Counted from the first letter of the whole stretch, positions 48,937 to 63,768 are shown. The stretch is DNA of 63,796 nt, filler included, from Olpidium bornovanus S191 (GCA_017911155.1; 26 parts of 26 records of this genome joined end to end with filler, not necessarily neighbours in it), one strand, 5' to 3'. The notes: a model not told the origin generated them from the sequence alone. Numbers and translations: made by a program.

Positions 48937-49317
48937 NNNNNNNNNNNNNNNNNNNNNNNNNNNNNNNNNNNNNNNNNNNNTTAATTAATTAANNNNNNNN
49001 NNNNNNNNNNNNNNNNNNNNNNNNNNNNNNNNNNNNGCGCGGGGGGGGGGGGGGCGGGGGGGGGGGGGGGGGCGGGGGGGGGGGGGGGGGGCGGGCCCGG
49101 GGGGGGAAAAAGGGGGGGGGGGGGGGGGCCCCCGCGGGGGGGGGGGGGGGGGGGGGGGTGAAGAAGCCCGGCGGCGCGTGCAAGGTACACGGTTCGTGGG
49201 GCGCGGGCGCGGGCGGGTCGCGCTTCGCCATCTTCCCCCCTTCCTCCCCCTCCCCTCCCCCCCCACCCCCTTGGAAACTAAACTTCGGTCGCCAGGTCCC
49301 CCCATCCCCGCACTGAC

Positions 49318-50008
49318 CCGTAAGCTCTAACCGTATCCCCAGCTTATCGCTGCCGATCCTCGACGTGAGCTGGGCGGCCAATAGGCACAAGGCCTGTGTT
49401 GCGGCGGCGATGCCGAGCGAGACGGTGTTCCAGCCCTGCGCGACGTCGTTTCCGGCAAAGCACTGAGCGAGAGTCCAGGAGGCCGCAGGGGAGAGTCCCG
49501 TTATGCGCGCCGTGAGCGGCAGCATGGCGAGCGCGAACAGCGCCAGGTGGATGACGCCGACGCAAGGCGACGCGGCGAGATAGCGGTGCGCGGCGAACCA
49601 CGACCGCGTCCGCCGCCCCTCCCTCTCCTCCGCCGGCGAGCCGCCGCGACCGTCCCGCGGCGGGCCCAGCCAGATGGAGCCGCAGGGCTCCTGCAGCCTT
49701 CCAGCGAAACCGCTCCTGTCCTCCCCCGCGACCCGGTGGTTAAAGTAGAACAACGCGACCCGGACGACGTACACGCTCGAAACCAGCGTGAAGCCGACGT
49801 CCGGGAGGTACAGGCCCGGCGCGCACGCGACGTCCTCGACCAGGCCGGCGAGGCAAGTCGCGCTGACGCCGCACGCGCCGACGAAGAGGAGGACCATCTG
49901 CGAAGGGCGGCGGGCGAGGCACGGCTGCACGTTCCTCCGCCGGTAGAACACGGCGGCCGACGTTATTGCGGCCACGCAGTGCACCGACAGCATGACGATC
50001 CCGGTAAC
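49318..50008 (-). CDS. Multi-pass membrane receptor exon (GPCR-like; resembles the 7TM part of 7TM-RGS/GprK-type proteins)
   Basis: About five hydrophobic segments with FYRRRNVQPCLARRP after the first and DKLGIRLEL after the last. AG/GT-bounded exon. Confidence 0.5.
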
Positions 50009-50112
50009 CTGAGAGCGGCGTGCAAAAAAAAAAAAAAAAAAAGAAACGGTAAGCCCTCGGAACCTCAGCGGCCGAAGCTTCTCCCTCGACCGCTTCCACG
50101 TCGAAAGCAAAA

Positions 50113-50143
<31 letters not shown>

Positions 50144-51834
50144 GGCCTTCACGGGCCCCCCCCCCCCACGCCCGCCANNNNNNNNNNNNNNNNNNNNNNN
50201 NNNNNNNNNNNNNNNNNNNNNTTAATTAATTAANNNNNNNNNNNNNNNNNNNNNNNNNNNNNNNNNNNNNNNNNNNNCATGCACTAGGCGAACCTGAAGG
50301 TGGAGAAGGCGTGGGCCGTCATTCTGCTGCGCAACCCAACAGACTCCTGGCCGGTCTCATCTCAAAGACGCAATGCAGGGGTTGGCTGCCCGAAGTCGAG
50401 GACCTAAACGTTCGCTTTCCAGCGGTACTGGAAACGTACGACGATGACTTTTTGTCCTCCCGGACGCGATGGATAAGTCGTATAATAAAATTATCTCACG
50501 TTTATTGCCGGAGATGTCTTTCCCGGACGTCGCTCAAGCGGCAGAGAAATCAATGAGCTGGTTGTGATGCATTTGACAAGTGGATTAAGGACCCGAGGAC
50601 TGTACCGTAGAGCCCTTTGACATATTCCCAGCGTGTTGGGCTATTGGCGTTTGAATCCGCTTCCACAACAGAACGCGTTTGACATTACGAGAAATGCCTA
50701 GTTGACGCCCCTTGATCTATTTTTTCTTGGTCTCGGACGGGTTTGTCCAGTACATTGCGAAGCGAACACCCTGAGCGAAGGAAGGCGCCACGGTTTGCAG
50801 CACCATTAGATACTGGTCTAAAGGTACTTACATTAGTATATAAACGAATATTACACCAGCTATTATATTTGTTCCTAGTCTACTTCCTAATGTAATTGCT
50901 CTACGCACACTCCCATCAACAAAAACACCAAAACATCAAAAACACGGCCCGGTATTACAAAAGCCCGTGTTTTTACCCCCTACCGCGGGTGATACTTCTC
51001 TCCCTCGACGGACGCAGATCGAAGCCGACAGAGAAACGTTCGGCGACGGCGACCTCGGGTGGGAAGTTTGGGGGGAAGGGAGGGAGGGAAGCGTGCGGAT
51101 CAACGTGGAGATTCCCGCGGTGATGCCCCGCGAGAGCAGGCACATTGAAAGGCGGGGAAACAGCACAAGAGAGCAACGAGGAAACCGAGGTGCGGTGTTA
51201 GGGCTGCCGGGGGAGCAAGGTTGCGGGACGCTCCCCTTCGCAGCACCAGTCACGTGAGCTCCGGTCCGCCTTCTATTTTTTGCCGCGCGCTGCGGATTGC
51301 GCGGGACATACTGATTCTGGAAATGCGTGAGAACCGCCGATGAATCCTTTCTTTTCTCACAAAGGGGAGGTGGTTGCGGAGCACGGGACAGTGCCGCGGG
51401 TTCCGGGCCAATCGCAGGAGGCGTCTTCCCTTTCCCATTACCCCTTTCCCGGGCAGATGGTTTCGTCGCCCACGCGGGCCACCCTCCCCGCCGTCCCCAC
51501 GCTCCCCCTCCGCCGCCCCTCCCACACCCCCCCGCCCCCCCCTCTCCCCCCCGCCCCCTACACCGGGTCCACGCGCGCAGCGGAAACAGCGCCCCCTGCC
51601 CCTTCCTGCGTACCGACCCCGGTCCCCGAAACCACCTTCCACCCCACCCCCCCTCCTTCCCTTGTCCCCCTCCCCTCCAACAAGATTATATTCTGTACCC
51701 GGACCCTCCCTTTCCCCGCAATATCCCCTTTCAGAAGTTCACATTTGCAGAGCATTCCTCCCTTAGACAAACAGAAATCTCAGGAAAAAAACCCCCAAAA
51801 AAAACGAGAAAAGCCAAAAAGCGAACGAACAGAA

Positions 51835-52056
51835 ATGTCTTCCAAAGCGCTCCCGCCAACAGCGTCGCGGCCGTTGATTGCGTTGCTCCTGGCGCTCCTC
51901 GCGCAGTGCGCCTCGTTCGCCGCCGCCGAAAAAAATCCGGGGGACATCGGCGCCGCCGCCTCCGCCGTTGCCGAGGGCCTAACCGTGCCGTCGGTCGTTC
52001 TCGGCATCGCCGCGATGGTGGTGGGCTTCCTGTTCTGCTTTTTCGGCTCGTCCATG
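51835..52056 (+). CDS. TMEM198/TM7S3 (DUF4203)-like membrane protein, 5' end only
   Basis: Signal peptide then VLGIAAMVVGFLFCFFG, the typical first-TM GxxxCFxG motif. Confidence 0.55.
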
Positions 52057-52699
52057 NNNNNNNNNNNNNNNNNNNNNNNNNNNNNNNNNNNNNNNNNNNN
52101 TTAATTAATTAANNNNNNNNNNNNNNNNNNNNNNNNNNNNNNNNNNNNNNNNNNNNAATACGTGTGACCGCTGCGCCGAAGTCGTGACGCGCGAAGGTCC
52201 GCGGGGCGGCGGGAAAGGGGAAAAGGGGGGGGGGGGGTTGTTGGGCGAGCGCGCCGCGGCGTAATGCCTGAACCATGAGAGGGAAGCGGAGGGTGGAGAA
52301 GGGGGGAAAGGGGAGAGAAGGGGAGCGGCGGAGGTGGGGTGTGTGCGGCGGATCCCCGCGAGTGCGCCTCCTTTTTGCCGGTAGAACAGATCGACTGGTT
52401 TTTTTTTTTTTTTTTTCATTTATTGTATCTTTTTTTTTTTGAGGGGGACAATTTTGGGCCGGAATTTTTTTTGGGTTGTCGCCTCCTCGCGCCGGCGGCG
52501 GCTCCCGTCGTCGTCCTGCCCGCGTTTCCTCCGCCTCTTCTTTCCCTTTCTCTCTCTCCCTCACGCTCTCTTTCTCCCCGGCCTTTTTCCTCCTCCGCCT
52601 CCTCTTCCTTCTCGCTCCTGCGGCTGCCAGGCCCGCGTTTTTTATATATCCCGTCCGCCCGTCCGCCCGCCCGCCGGCGCTCCGCCTTTTCCCGAAGGC

Positions 52700-52715
52700 G
52701 TTGTTGTTGTTGTTG

Positions 52716-52756
<41 letters not shown>

Positions 52757-52762
52757 GCCGCC
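52700..52762 (+). repeat. Compound microsatellite (GTT)8(GCT)10(GCC)3 just upstream of the HPRT ATG
   Basis: Read directly from sequence. Confidence 0.9.
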
Positions 52763-52803
52763 GCTCCGGCCGCCGGGACGAGACGACGCCGCTCCGAAAC
52801 ACC

Positions 52804-53042
52804 ATGGCCACGCCAGCAGGCCCCCCCACGCACCCGGACTACGTGGACGTCACCAGGGTACGGAGCCGGGGGGAAAAGAAGCGCGGGGTAAAAAGAAGCG
52901 CGGAAGCGGCGGGGCTTCTGGAGAAGACCGCGCGAGCGCCGCTCCCCCGGCGCGCCCGCCCGCCCGCGGACGGCGCGCGGATACCGCGAGGCGAGGCGGA
53001 CGCGGCGGCGCTCTGCTCGTCTTGTCCCGCCGGCCTGCCCGG

Positions 53043-53076
<34 letters not shown>

Positions 53077-54054
53077 AAAGGGATGCCACGGGGTTTAGCC
53101 GCAAGGGGGGGGCGGGGCCGCCCCGAAGGAGAACGGGTTCCCCGCGTCGGAAGCTTCCCCCGCTCCTGTGCAACTCTTGTCCAAACGGCGCCCCGACTCC
53201 ACCTCACCCCCGTGTTTCTCTGGCGGAAATCGCCGCAAACCGCAGGAGCATTTCAAGTTCTCGCTCAAGAACTTCGTGATACCGCAGCACTACACGGAGG
53301 ACCTGGAGGAGATTCTCATTCCTTACGGGTAACGTTTTCGAGCCGCCTCGCCTGCCCCCCCAGGGGTTGTTTGCCGGACTTCAACCCGCGCGTGCAAAGG
53401 GGCCAACACCCGCCGACCGGCCTACCGCTCCCCCCCCCCCCGCTCTCCCAACGTGGTTATCACCAGACTTATCCTCGACCGCGTGGAGTACATGGCCAAT
53501 CAAATTATCAACGACAGCGAAGGCCCACTCCTGGTCGCCTGCGTCCTGAAAGGTGTGGCCCTCCCCTCGTATCTCCTTCTGTTCTGCTCCCTTGTGTGCC
53601 GCCGCTTTAAGTTTCGGAATCCCGGAGGGGCCTCTCTCTTCCCGCATTTCACATTTTTTTTCTTTTTTATTTGCAGGGGGCTTCCAGTTTTTCAACGACC
53701 TTGTCCGGGAAATGAAGAAGTTGAACACGCGGTCAGGGCTCGTCCGCGCCAAGTCGATTCCCTTGAGGTATCCCGCTTCGGCAGGCTCCCTCTCCCCAAG
53801 TTTTTTTTTGTCCTGGGGCTCGTCGCCCGGCCCCTTTCTCTGCCGGCTGACTTTCCGGCCGCGCGTCCCGCACCGCGGAACGCAGTCTGGACTTTTTGAA
53901 AGTGAAGAGTTACGAAAACGACAAGCCCACCGGCGACGTCACGATTTCTATGACGGAGGACGATCTGAACGCGCTCCGCGGCAAGGTTGGGTGTGTGTGT
54001 GTGTGGGAGGGGGCGGGGGGGGGGGGGGCGGGGGGGGGGGGGGGCGGGCGGGGG

Positions 54055-54113
<59 letters not shown>

Positions 54114-54724
54114 CCGGCGAAGCAGTTTGTACGGCGGCTGACGCTTTCTGGCTACTCGGTATCCTGCGGCAAGTGTACACATGTTCTCCTCGTTCCTTAC
54201 CAGGTTTTCCGTGCCTTTTTTTTTGTTAGCACATCCTCTTAGTAGAGGACATCATCGACACCGGAACGACGATGGTTAAGCTGCTAGGAAAGCTGCGGGA
54301 GTACCAGCCGGCTTCCATCCGCGTTGCCTCTTTGCTCTTGAAAAAGACGCCCCGGTCAAATGGTTACGTGAGTACAGCCCGCTTGTTAATTACATGTCCT
54401 TTCGTGATTCGAACCAAGTACGGGTCGAGGAACGGCCCGGACGCGGCGGTTCTTGTGCGACGTCTCAACAGAAATGACTTTCGGCTTTTCAAGGTTCCGG
54501 ACTACGTTGGGTTCGCCATTCCGGACGCATTCGTCGTCGGTGAGTTTTCAGCTCCCGAGTGCGCTTCTCGTTATCCGGCTCCTCTGTTTCCGGGGTGGTT
54601 TTTTGTCCTAACGTTTGCCGCTCTCCGTTCCCGGATGAATGTTTTTTTTGCAGGCTACTGCCTTGACTACAACGAGATCTTCCGCGATCTGAACCCGATA
54701 TGTATTATCAGCGAGAAGGGCATG
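52804..54724 (+). CDS. HPRT1: Hypoxanthine-guanine phosphoribosyltransferase, about nine exons, last codons truncated
   Basis: [89 protein letters not shown]. Confidence 0.95.
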
Positions 54725-55497
54725 NNNNNNNNNNNNNNNNNNNNNNNNNNNNNNNNNNNNNNNNNNNNTTAATTAATTAANNNNNNNNNNNNNNNNNNNN
54801 NNNNNNNNNNNNNNNNNNNNNNNNCCCGCGGCCCCTCACCCGAGGTCGCATAAGGGACGCCGGAGGTCCACGGGTGCCAAAGTGCGGGAGTGGGCCCGAA
54901 CGCTATCTCTGAGGCAGGACTGCTTGCTGTCCCCAACCATGCGGTGATGGAATTACATACTCTGCCCATGGAAACCCCCGTGTCTCGCCGTGCCCTGTTA
55001 ATCTCTTTAGACTGAAGCAGGCGTCCAACAGCGGAGACGGCCTTGAACAAAATCCGCCGAGGTTCGCGAAAAAGCATATCCGCACCCCGTCTGGGAGGTT
55101 GGATCTCTCGCTCAACATTCACGCTGAAATGACATTACATATTTATAATCTTATCTAATACATGGACGGGATGCGGTTGGAGCTGGAGCGAGAACCCCGG
55201 AAGAATAAAATTGACGGAGAAAAAAGCGGTGGCCGTGTTTGTGAGGCAGAGTTGAGAGGGGCCGCACTGCACGTCCTAAGCCGCAGCGCTGCCAGGAATG
55301 GGGGCGCTCTTTGCATAACCGTGGAGAAAATTTGTACGTGGAAAACGCTGGGTGACCCACTAACATTTTGAAATGCGGGATACCGTGCGGGACGCTGTTG
55401 TCCGAGTTTACCACGATACCCGCGTCGTTCTTTGTGGATTCAATGGTGGCGGAATTGTGCTCAACGGAGCGGCGCAAATATGGGTGGTTGGATTGGG

Positions 55498-56344
<847 letters not shown>

Positions 56345-56444
56345 NNNNNNNNNNNNNNNNNNNNNNNNNNNNNNNNNNNNNNNNNNNNTTAATTAATTAA
56401 NNNNNNNNNNNNNNNNNNNNNNNNNNNNNNNNNNNNNNNNNNNN

Positions 56445-59400
56445 CATGCCCCACACTCGGACTTCACGGCTGAGCTGTTCGCGTTAACACTATACTCACG
56501 GTGTTTTCTCCGGCCCGGAAATTAAAACTCGCAGCAGATCTACCCTGTCTTCAAACACACGCACGAAAATGCCTGGAGGCAGGTTGCCTTCAAGGATGGC
56601 GAACTCCTTATTGACCCGCTTTACATAAGCCGGAGAAGGCTTGAAGGCATGACGCAAGCGTCGCAATGAAACTGTCAGCTTCTACAAAGGTGAAACGCAG
56701 CCCGACTTTGGCTCGAGAATGGGGGTTGCACACACCTTGATCGTGTTGTTATAGAATTGGTGCTCTTGCGGTGCCTCCTCCAGCATCTTGAACGGCGTTA
56801 AGCCATTCGACACGTCCACAGACGCAGGCGGTTTGGGTTCTTCGTGCTCCGCCGAGTCCGTGCCACGTGCCTGAATTTCCTCACCGACCGTAAATCCTAC
56901 TGCAGCATCCTCTTCCATGTCCACGTCTTCGTCGACTTCGTCCGCAAACCCATTGACATGCTCATTGTCACCCGGGAATTCCATGTCCTGGTCATCACCT
57001 TCCTGTTCCTCGCCTTCCTCCGCCTCCCCGTCGGCCTCGTACTCCGCGGACATGGTCTCCCAGCTGGCCTGGCTGACATCGTCCTCGTCGTCCTCGTCGG
57101 AGACGATGACCAGCCGGCAGGCTGGAACCCGCGCAGTGACACCCGAGAGAAACCGGACGGAAATAGTACCATCAAAGTGAATGTCGCAGATCTCTCCGGT
57201 CCAATTGCGCCAGTCTGGCCCAAGCCGCCCGTTAAAAAATTCGCCCTCAACTGGTTCTGATGGCTCCTGCGATTCCGAGGAAGGAACGGCCCAGTCCGAA
57301 GGGCACTGGTATGGGGTGTCCGCAACGAGCACACGATCGTAGAGCCTGAATTGGAAGTATTCGTGTGCCGCAACCTCGTAAAAGCTCAACTCTTCGGCGG
57401 GTTCCTTTGGAAAAGCTAATAAGAACGGGCCCCCAGCTATTGTGGGCATACCAGAGATCAAGGGCATAAAACCTACCAAAAGTTTGTACTCAGTTTTCGC
57501 AAACCACTTAACGACACATGTACGGTGGGCGGAGTTGACGGATTGTACAAGGCCCGTCTGTTTTACCGCTTGCGGATCCGGGTCTGCAATGTCGTCTCCC
57601 TTGCGAACAACGAAGTCCAGCTGACATGTTATGAAGCCAGAACAAAGTAAATAAACACCTACAAATGTCTGGCTCGGGAAGCTGAACGTGACGCGCCCCA
57701 ACGTCTTCCCACTTGGTGCGCCATGCCCTACCGGCCAGACGTCCTGGTCATCCATGTTTAGATATGGATACAAGTTCCGTGCCAGCACACCTCTGGATAT
57801 GCTGTTGTCCTGCCACCGCACGTTTAACCGCGTTTCGCTCCTGATAATAGCCTGCGGTTAAAACTGTTGTGAGCGCAAACCAACAAAGTAGTCGCGCAAA
57901 AACGGCAGATTATGGTGAACGGCTTTCCACTCCCCATACATCCCGAATCATAGTCGCCTTTCGCTAGATGTTCTTCACCAATCCTAACATCAATCCCGTG
58001 TGCTAACAAGACAAACAAATGCGACACAAATCACCTGAGTCTATTTCCATCAAAAACGCGACCCGGACGTTTACAAAAGGATATCGCCCTACCTTTTGCA
58101 TCCTCTTCGTCTCTGAACACGACATGGTCACTAAGTTGGAATGATGCATGTTCCGCAAAGCTGTCAAACTTGATGTCTTCGTTGTATTCCGTAATTACGT
58201 CCTCCGGTTCCGGCGGCAGCTGCAGGCAACCAGTGGCCACGAAGACGAGGTCTCCGTCAGCACTGCTTTCGCCCAATGCACGTCCCGATACGACGACTGC
58301 GAGAGACAGGAGGAGTTACCTCATGGCCTTCCGGGAGTTTGTCCGCATGCCGGTAAGTTTTCCAATGCACAACGATGCTGTCATCCGTGGCTGCGAGGAC
58401 GGTTCCTTCCGTATGGCCCTCTTCGTAACCACCGCGGAACCACCGCGCCTGCTGGAGATTGTGTGGTTCATCGCGCACTTTCTGTTTACATCAAGAAAGG
58501 GCCCGACGCAGGGCGGTCAGGTTCCCACTTCACTGGCATAACGAGAATTTAGAGAAATTCTCGAAATCTATTTTATTTTATTTTCCGCCCGTACGAAGCG
58601 CACAGTACCAACCTGCCCCACCGAGTAGCGCTGAGAGTAAAAATATGAGTCTCTGTCCCAATCTGTTGTGCTCTGAAGCTCATCTTCAACAACGGCCATG
58701 CAGATAGAGCCGTTAGGAAACTTGAGAAGAACCTTGTCAAAAACCTGACAGAACCACAAACGGCCATTTAGAGCTGGACTTCGGTTGCCGCACATTTCGG
58801 TGAGTCTGCAACTGGAGTCCAAAATGCAACAAACCGGAGAAACGGACAGGAGGCCTGGGAAAGGCCACCTCGCCTATGTCTATGCCAACCCACATCGTCA
58901 ATAACGCCCAGCCAATCATCCCAGACAATGGAATTCCCTTCGACAAAGCGGCGGTAGTACCGCAGTCTCCTGGTGTCAACGCCTTTGACGACTTTCCCTG
59001 TCATGACGTGTTGCAGGTCGACCGTCATGGAGATGCTGATCCCCGTGCCCGACTGCGACTCGTCCTGCGGGTCCTTCACCACATCGCCGTACATCAGCGA
59101 CCGGTCAAGGACGACAAGTTCATCCTCAAAGACAAGCTCCGGTTTCCCGGTCCCGGTGTACCACGAGACGACAACGTGTTCTAACGGTATCTGCACAACG
59201 GGCAAAATGCGTCAACGGAAGCAAACCCGCAGGGTATTCCCCACCTGGAACAGGTAAAACATACAGGTCCTTTTGTGACATCTTCCTCGTCGCCGTCCTC
59301 ATGCACGTCATCCTCCGCATCACTGTCGTGCCATGTACCTATGATTCCAGGGTCAGCATTGCACTCGGCAGCCCCGAGCAAACGATGTACAGTCCTAGAG

Positions 59401-60193
59401 AGAATGCTCACGTGTGACGATTCCGAGGATAGATTCATTGCCGACGCGGTATACCTGTGCAGATGCAAGAAGTTAGCTCTCGCCGACACAGTCTATTGCA
59501 GGTTTAAGCAAATACGGGGGCCGGGGGAGGACGAGGGGGAGGGGAGGAGGGCAATGCGCAAAACGCTGCCGTGCGTAAAGCGTTGTATGATGGCACCGCC
59601 GCCAGACACCCAGACAACGACGGTCCCGAGTGTTGCTGGCACAAATCGAGCAGCCCGTCACTCCAGAAAACGTTCCCTTCTGCACCAATCTCTGCTCGCC
59701 ACTACGTCCTGTTACTCGCGGCTGCGCGTTCCCCGCCTTCCCCACCACGCCTCCGCAGCCCTGTGCCAAGAACGTTTCTTGTTGTAGGCGTGCCGCGGCG
59801 GCGACGCGTAGACACTCACCAGGTCTTCCGCAAACACCTAGAAACCAGGGAACAGATTGCGTGTGAGTCTGGGTGAAATGTAGGGAGCCGCGGCGGCGAG
59901 CCCAGCGGTCGTTAACTTCCCCAACTCACCTTCCTCGTCGACGGCACACCTGGCTCCGACCGCCCGCGCCCCTGATTACGCAGCTGCGGGTCGCGATGGT
60001 GGTGCGCCTCCCCAATCGCGGCCGCCCCGACAGCGGCCTTTTCGGGCCCCGCGACGCCCCTGGGCTGTGCGACGCCGGGTGCACTCTCTGGCGCCAACAC
60101 AGCAGCAGCTGACGACGACTCTGCCGGTGGTGGAGCCCCTTGGTTTTCTCCCCCGCCGACGGTGGCGACCGAACGTCGTCCGGTTTTCCTCAT
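56445..60193 (-). CDS. UBE2O: E2/E3 hybrid ubiquitin-conjugating enzyme UBE2O-like, multi-exon, 3' truncated within the UBC domain; start uncertain
   Basis: LDRSLMYGDVV, VRWQDNSIS, DVWP..DFV, GLVQSVNSAHRTCVVKW, YEVAAH, VNKEFAILEGNLPPGIFVRVFEDRVDLLRVLISGPENTP. Confidence 0.88.
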
Positions 60194-60220
60194 GTGCTGG
60201 CTGGCACTTTGCCTTTTTTT

Positions 60221-60260
<40 letters not shown>

Positions 60261-60898
60261 GGGGGGGGGGGGCGGGGGGGGGGGGGGGGGGGGACCGGGG
60301 GGGAAAAGGGGGGGGGGGGGGGGCCCCCCCGGGCCNNNNNNNNNNNNNNNNNNNNNNNNNNNNNNNNNNNNNNNNNNNNTTAATTAATTAANNNNNNNNN
60401 NNNNNNNNNNNNNNNNNNNNNNNNNNNNNNNNNNNGACGGGCGAAGACCGCACGCGCGGCCGGGGAGTCCCGCGCTTTATTCTCTTTTGCTTGGCCTCAG
60501 CGGTCAACTCCCCTCACCCCGCGGTTTCCCTTTCTCGTTTACTTTTTTTTTGCATGGTCACCGTCTGATATTTTGCTGCTCCTCGGGGCGTCCTGGGTCG
60601 GGGCGGGCCGCCGTTCGGCTGCGGCGTGTTCGGCCGAGGGGAGGCCGGGGGCCTGGGGCGTGGATCTTTCGTCTCGGGCGGGGAAAAAAAAAGGGGGGGG
60701 GGGGAAGAGCGGGGGCCGTGTGATTTTTTTTTTTCTTTTTTTTTTTTTTTCTTCTCTTGGCCCGGAAATTTCCATCCCGCCCTGTTTTTTTTTTTTTTCC
60801 GCCCCTCCCTTCTCCTCTCCTCTCCTCGCCCCTCGCCCCGTTCGCGCCCCCTTTCCTTCGGCGCGGGACACACGCACCGGACGGGGAAAAGAGACGCG

Positions 60899-63617
60899 AT
60901 GCCGCGCCGCAAGCTTCGCGGCTCGCGAGGGCGGAGGAAGGGCCAGAAGAAGAGCGACGGCAAGGCGGAGGCGGACCACACCCCCGAAAGCCCCGGCGCA
61001 CCCGACGCCGGCGAGGCCCACGATGGGGGAGCGGAGCAGCCGACCGCGGAGGACCCTCCGAACCCCGACTGGATGCAGTCCGCCCAAGGAGGCGCCGGCG
61101 GGGACGGCGGCTTCTACAGGCTGGACCCGGAGGTGCAGCAGTATTTCAAGTCCGTGGAGAAGACGCTCGAGAGCATGGAGCCTTCGTTGGAAGAAGGTGC
61201 GGGAAAGCAAAAAAAAACAAGGCACCGGAGGCCCGCCATTTCCTCCCGAACCCGGGCCGGCGGTTTTTTTTTTCTTTTTTTTTTTTTCGGGCGGGTGCAT
61301 CGTTTCCAGCGGAAAAGAGGGGGACAGCGCCGGTGGAAGACAAAAATGGGGTAACCGCGGGGAGTTTCCCGCAACGCCCTCTTGGGCTCCGGCATCACGA
61401 AAATCCGCACGCAGAGAGCAACCTGTTCCTCGGCAACGTCTTTTCCGAGATCGACGGGAAGGAGGCGGACTTGGCGACGGACCACGAGTGCTCGCGCGTC
61501 CTGGAGAAATTGCTGCGGCAGGCGCCGGACCAGTACCTCCGCGTGTTTTTTGACAAGCTGAACGGACGGTGCGTGTGGCGCTGCCTGGCTGCCGGTGCCC
61601 CGCGCTGTTGCGCTCCTTTTTTTTTCTCCTTTATTGATTCGACGAGGACTTCAACTTGGCGGCAAAAAAAAAAATCACCAGCTTCGTTGAGCTGTTCGTC
61701 CATAGGTTTGCGTCGCACGTGTGCGAGACCGTGATGACGCTCGCTGCCGTTGCGGTGAACCGCGAGGTATTCAGGAAGGAGTGGCGGATTTTGCGCGGCG
61801 GCGCGGGGGGTTGCTAAAAATCGGCCGCCTCGCGTTGAAATAGATGCTCCGAGGCCCGGCGCCGGCCCCCGGCGAAGGCGGCGTGGAAGGCGACGGGGAC
61901 AAGGGCCCCGTTCTGAGCGTCGAACAGCTGGTGGTGAACATGTGCAAGGTCCGCGCCACCAAACGTGTCGTTGCGCGCGCGCGTCCGCGGGCGAATCGCT
62001 CACGCACCTTTCGCTCACGCACCTTTCGCCCCCCAATTTTCTCTCTTTCTCTCTCTCTTTCTCTTTTTTGGTTTTGTTTTTGCCAGCAAATTCTGCCAAG
62101 CTGGTCTGCGCTCATGGCCGACCCGTACGGGTCGCACGCGCTCCGCACGCTGCTCACGCTGCTCTCGGGCCGTCCGTTCGCGGCGGAGAGCAGGGACGGC
62201 GCGCGGAGCAAGAAGAGCATCAAGTACAACGAGAAGAACAACAACACCGCGGACGTGCCGCGGGTCCTCGCGAAGGCTCGCGCCGTTCCCGCTTCGTTCG
62301 CGTCCGCGCTGCGCGACGTTTTCAAGGAGATCGCCGGCGTCAGCGACGCCGTGATCCGCAGCTCGGCGGGGAGCCTCGTCGCGAGTCCCGTGCTCCAGGT
62401 CCTTTTTTATTTCTTGTCGCGCAGATCGTTTCCCATGAATGTTTTTTTTTGGTCGTCGTCGCCGTCGTCGTCGTCGTCGCCCGCTTCGGCTCCCTCACGC
62501 GCGCCCGTTTCTTTTTTTTTTTCGCCTGCCCGCGCGTTTGCAGCGGTTGCTGACTCTGGAAGCTGAGCACAAGTCGACTGCGCTGCTGGACCGCGTGCTC
62601 ATGGGGCTGGCATCAGGAGACGAGGCGAACGAGGATCCGAAGGCAAAGCTCGACAGAGACTGCTACATGGAGTCGTTGTTGAAGAGTGCAATAGGATCGC
62701 ACCTCCTCGAGACGATCATCGAGGTGGCCTCCACCGACGTGTACCTGCGACTATACACGACGTACTTCCGGAACCGCCTCCCGAGGTTATGCGCGCACCC
62801 GTTCGCGAATTACGTCGTCCAGCACTTGCTGAGGAACGCAAAGGCCAAGGTCGTGCTGGAGTTGATGGTCAAGGAGGTCGTCCCGGAGTTCGAGGGTTAC
62901 CTAGGTAATCTTACGGCGAAGGCAAGAGCGCGCGCGGAGGGAGGGGGAGGGGGCCGTCGTTGTTGGCCCGGCCGTTTGTCCGGCAGCGGCTTATTCTCTT
63001 TTGCCGTCAACAGCAAATCGGAGGTCCGGAGTTATTCGGAGCCTCGTGGAGGCTGCTGTCCGTTTGAAAGTTTGCGAGGAAGAGATCGTGGATGGGGTGT
63101 GCAAGGCTTTTCACGCGACCGACGAAGAGAGGAAGAGGGTGCTGGTTCCGCTCATCCTCCGGATGGAAACCTACGAGTCGTACGAGGAGCAGAAGAACGA
63201 GCCGAAGAAGCTTGACACCCAGGGCGCGCTAATCGTCCAGAAGATGCTGGAGCTTCCAGATAAGCACAGCGGCGACGTTCTCAAAAGGTGCGGAGCGGTC
63301 AAGTTTTTGATTATTTTTTTAGAGAGAAATGGGACTGGTGGGGGGGGAGGGGCGGGGGCGTGAAACGATGCTAATACGACCGTGTTTGCGGGTTTCCAGC
63401 TACTTCGCGCAACCCCGCGAGTTGATCCTCGCTTGGGCTAAAGACCCAACAGGGTCGCGCGTCGTCGACGCGGTTTTGTCGTCACCAACCGTCTCTTTGG
63501 ACGACAAGCGGAGAGTGCTTTCGCAGTTCGGCGGGAAGTTCCACGAGCTGGCGCTCGACAAGTACGGCAGCCACGTCGTGGACCGGTGCTGGGCGGTCGC
63601 CGACATCGACTCAAAAG
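60899..63617 (+). CDS. NOP9: Nucleolar protein 9 (Pumilio-repeat 18S maturation factor), multi-exon, 3' truncated
   Basis: FYRLDPEVQQYFKSVE, EIDGKEADLATDHECSRVLEKLL, HRFASHVCETV, DPYGSHALRTLL, GSHLLETI, HPFANYVVQ, DKYGSHVVDRCW. Confidence 0.92.
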
Positions 63618-63710
63618 TGAGTCGCGGGCGCCAGGGACCGATTGCCCGTCGCGCGCTGCTCCTCCCGCGTTGGCGCGCGAGATATTTATCTCGCGCGCGG
63701 CTGCGGACAC

Positions 63711-63768
<58 letters not shown>

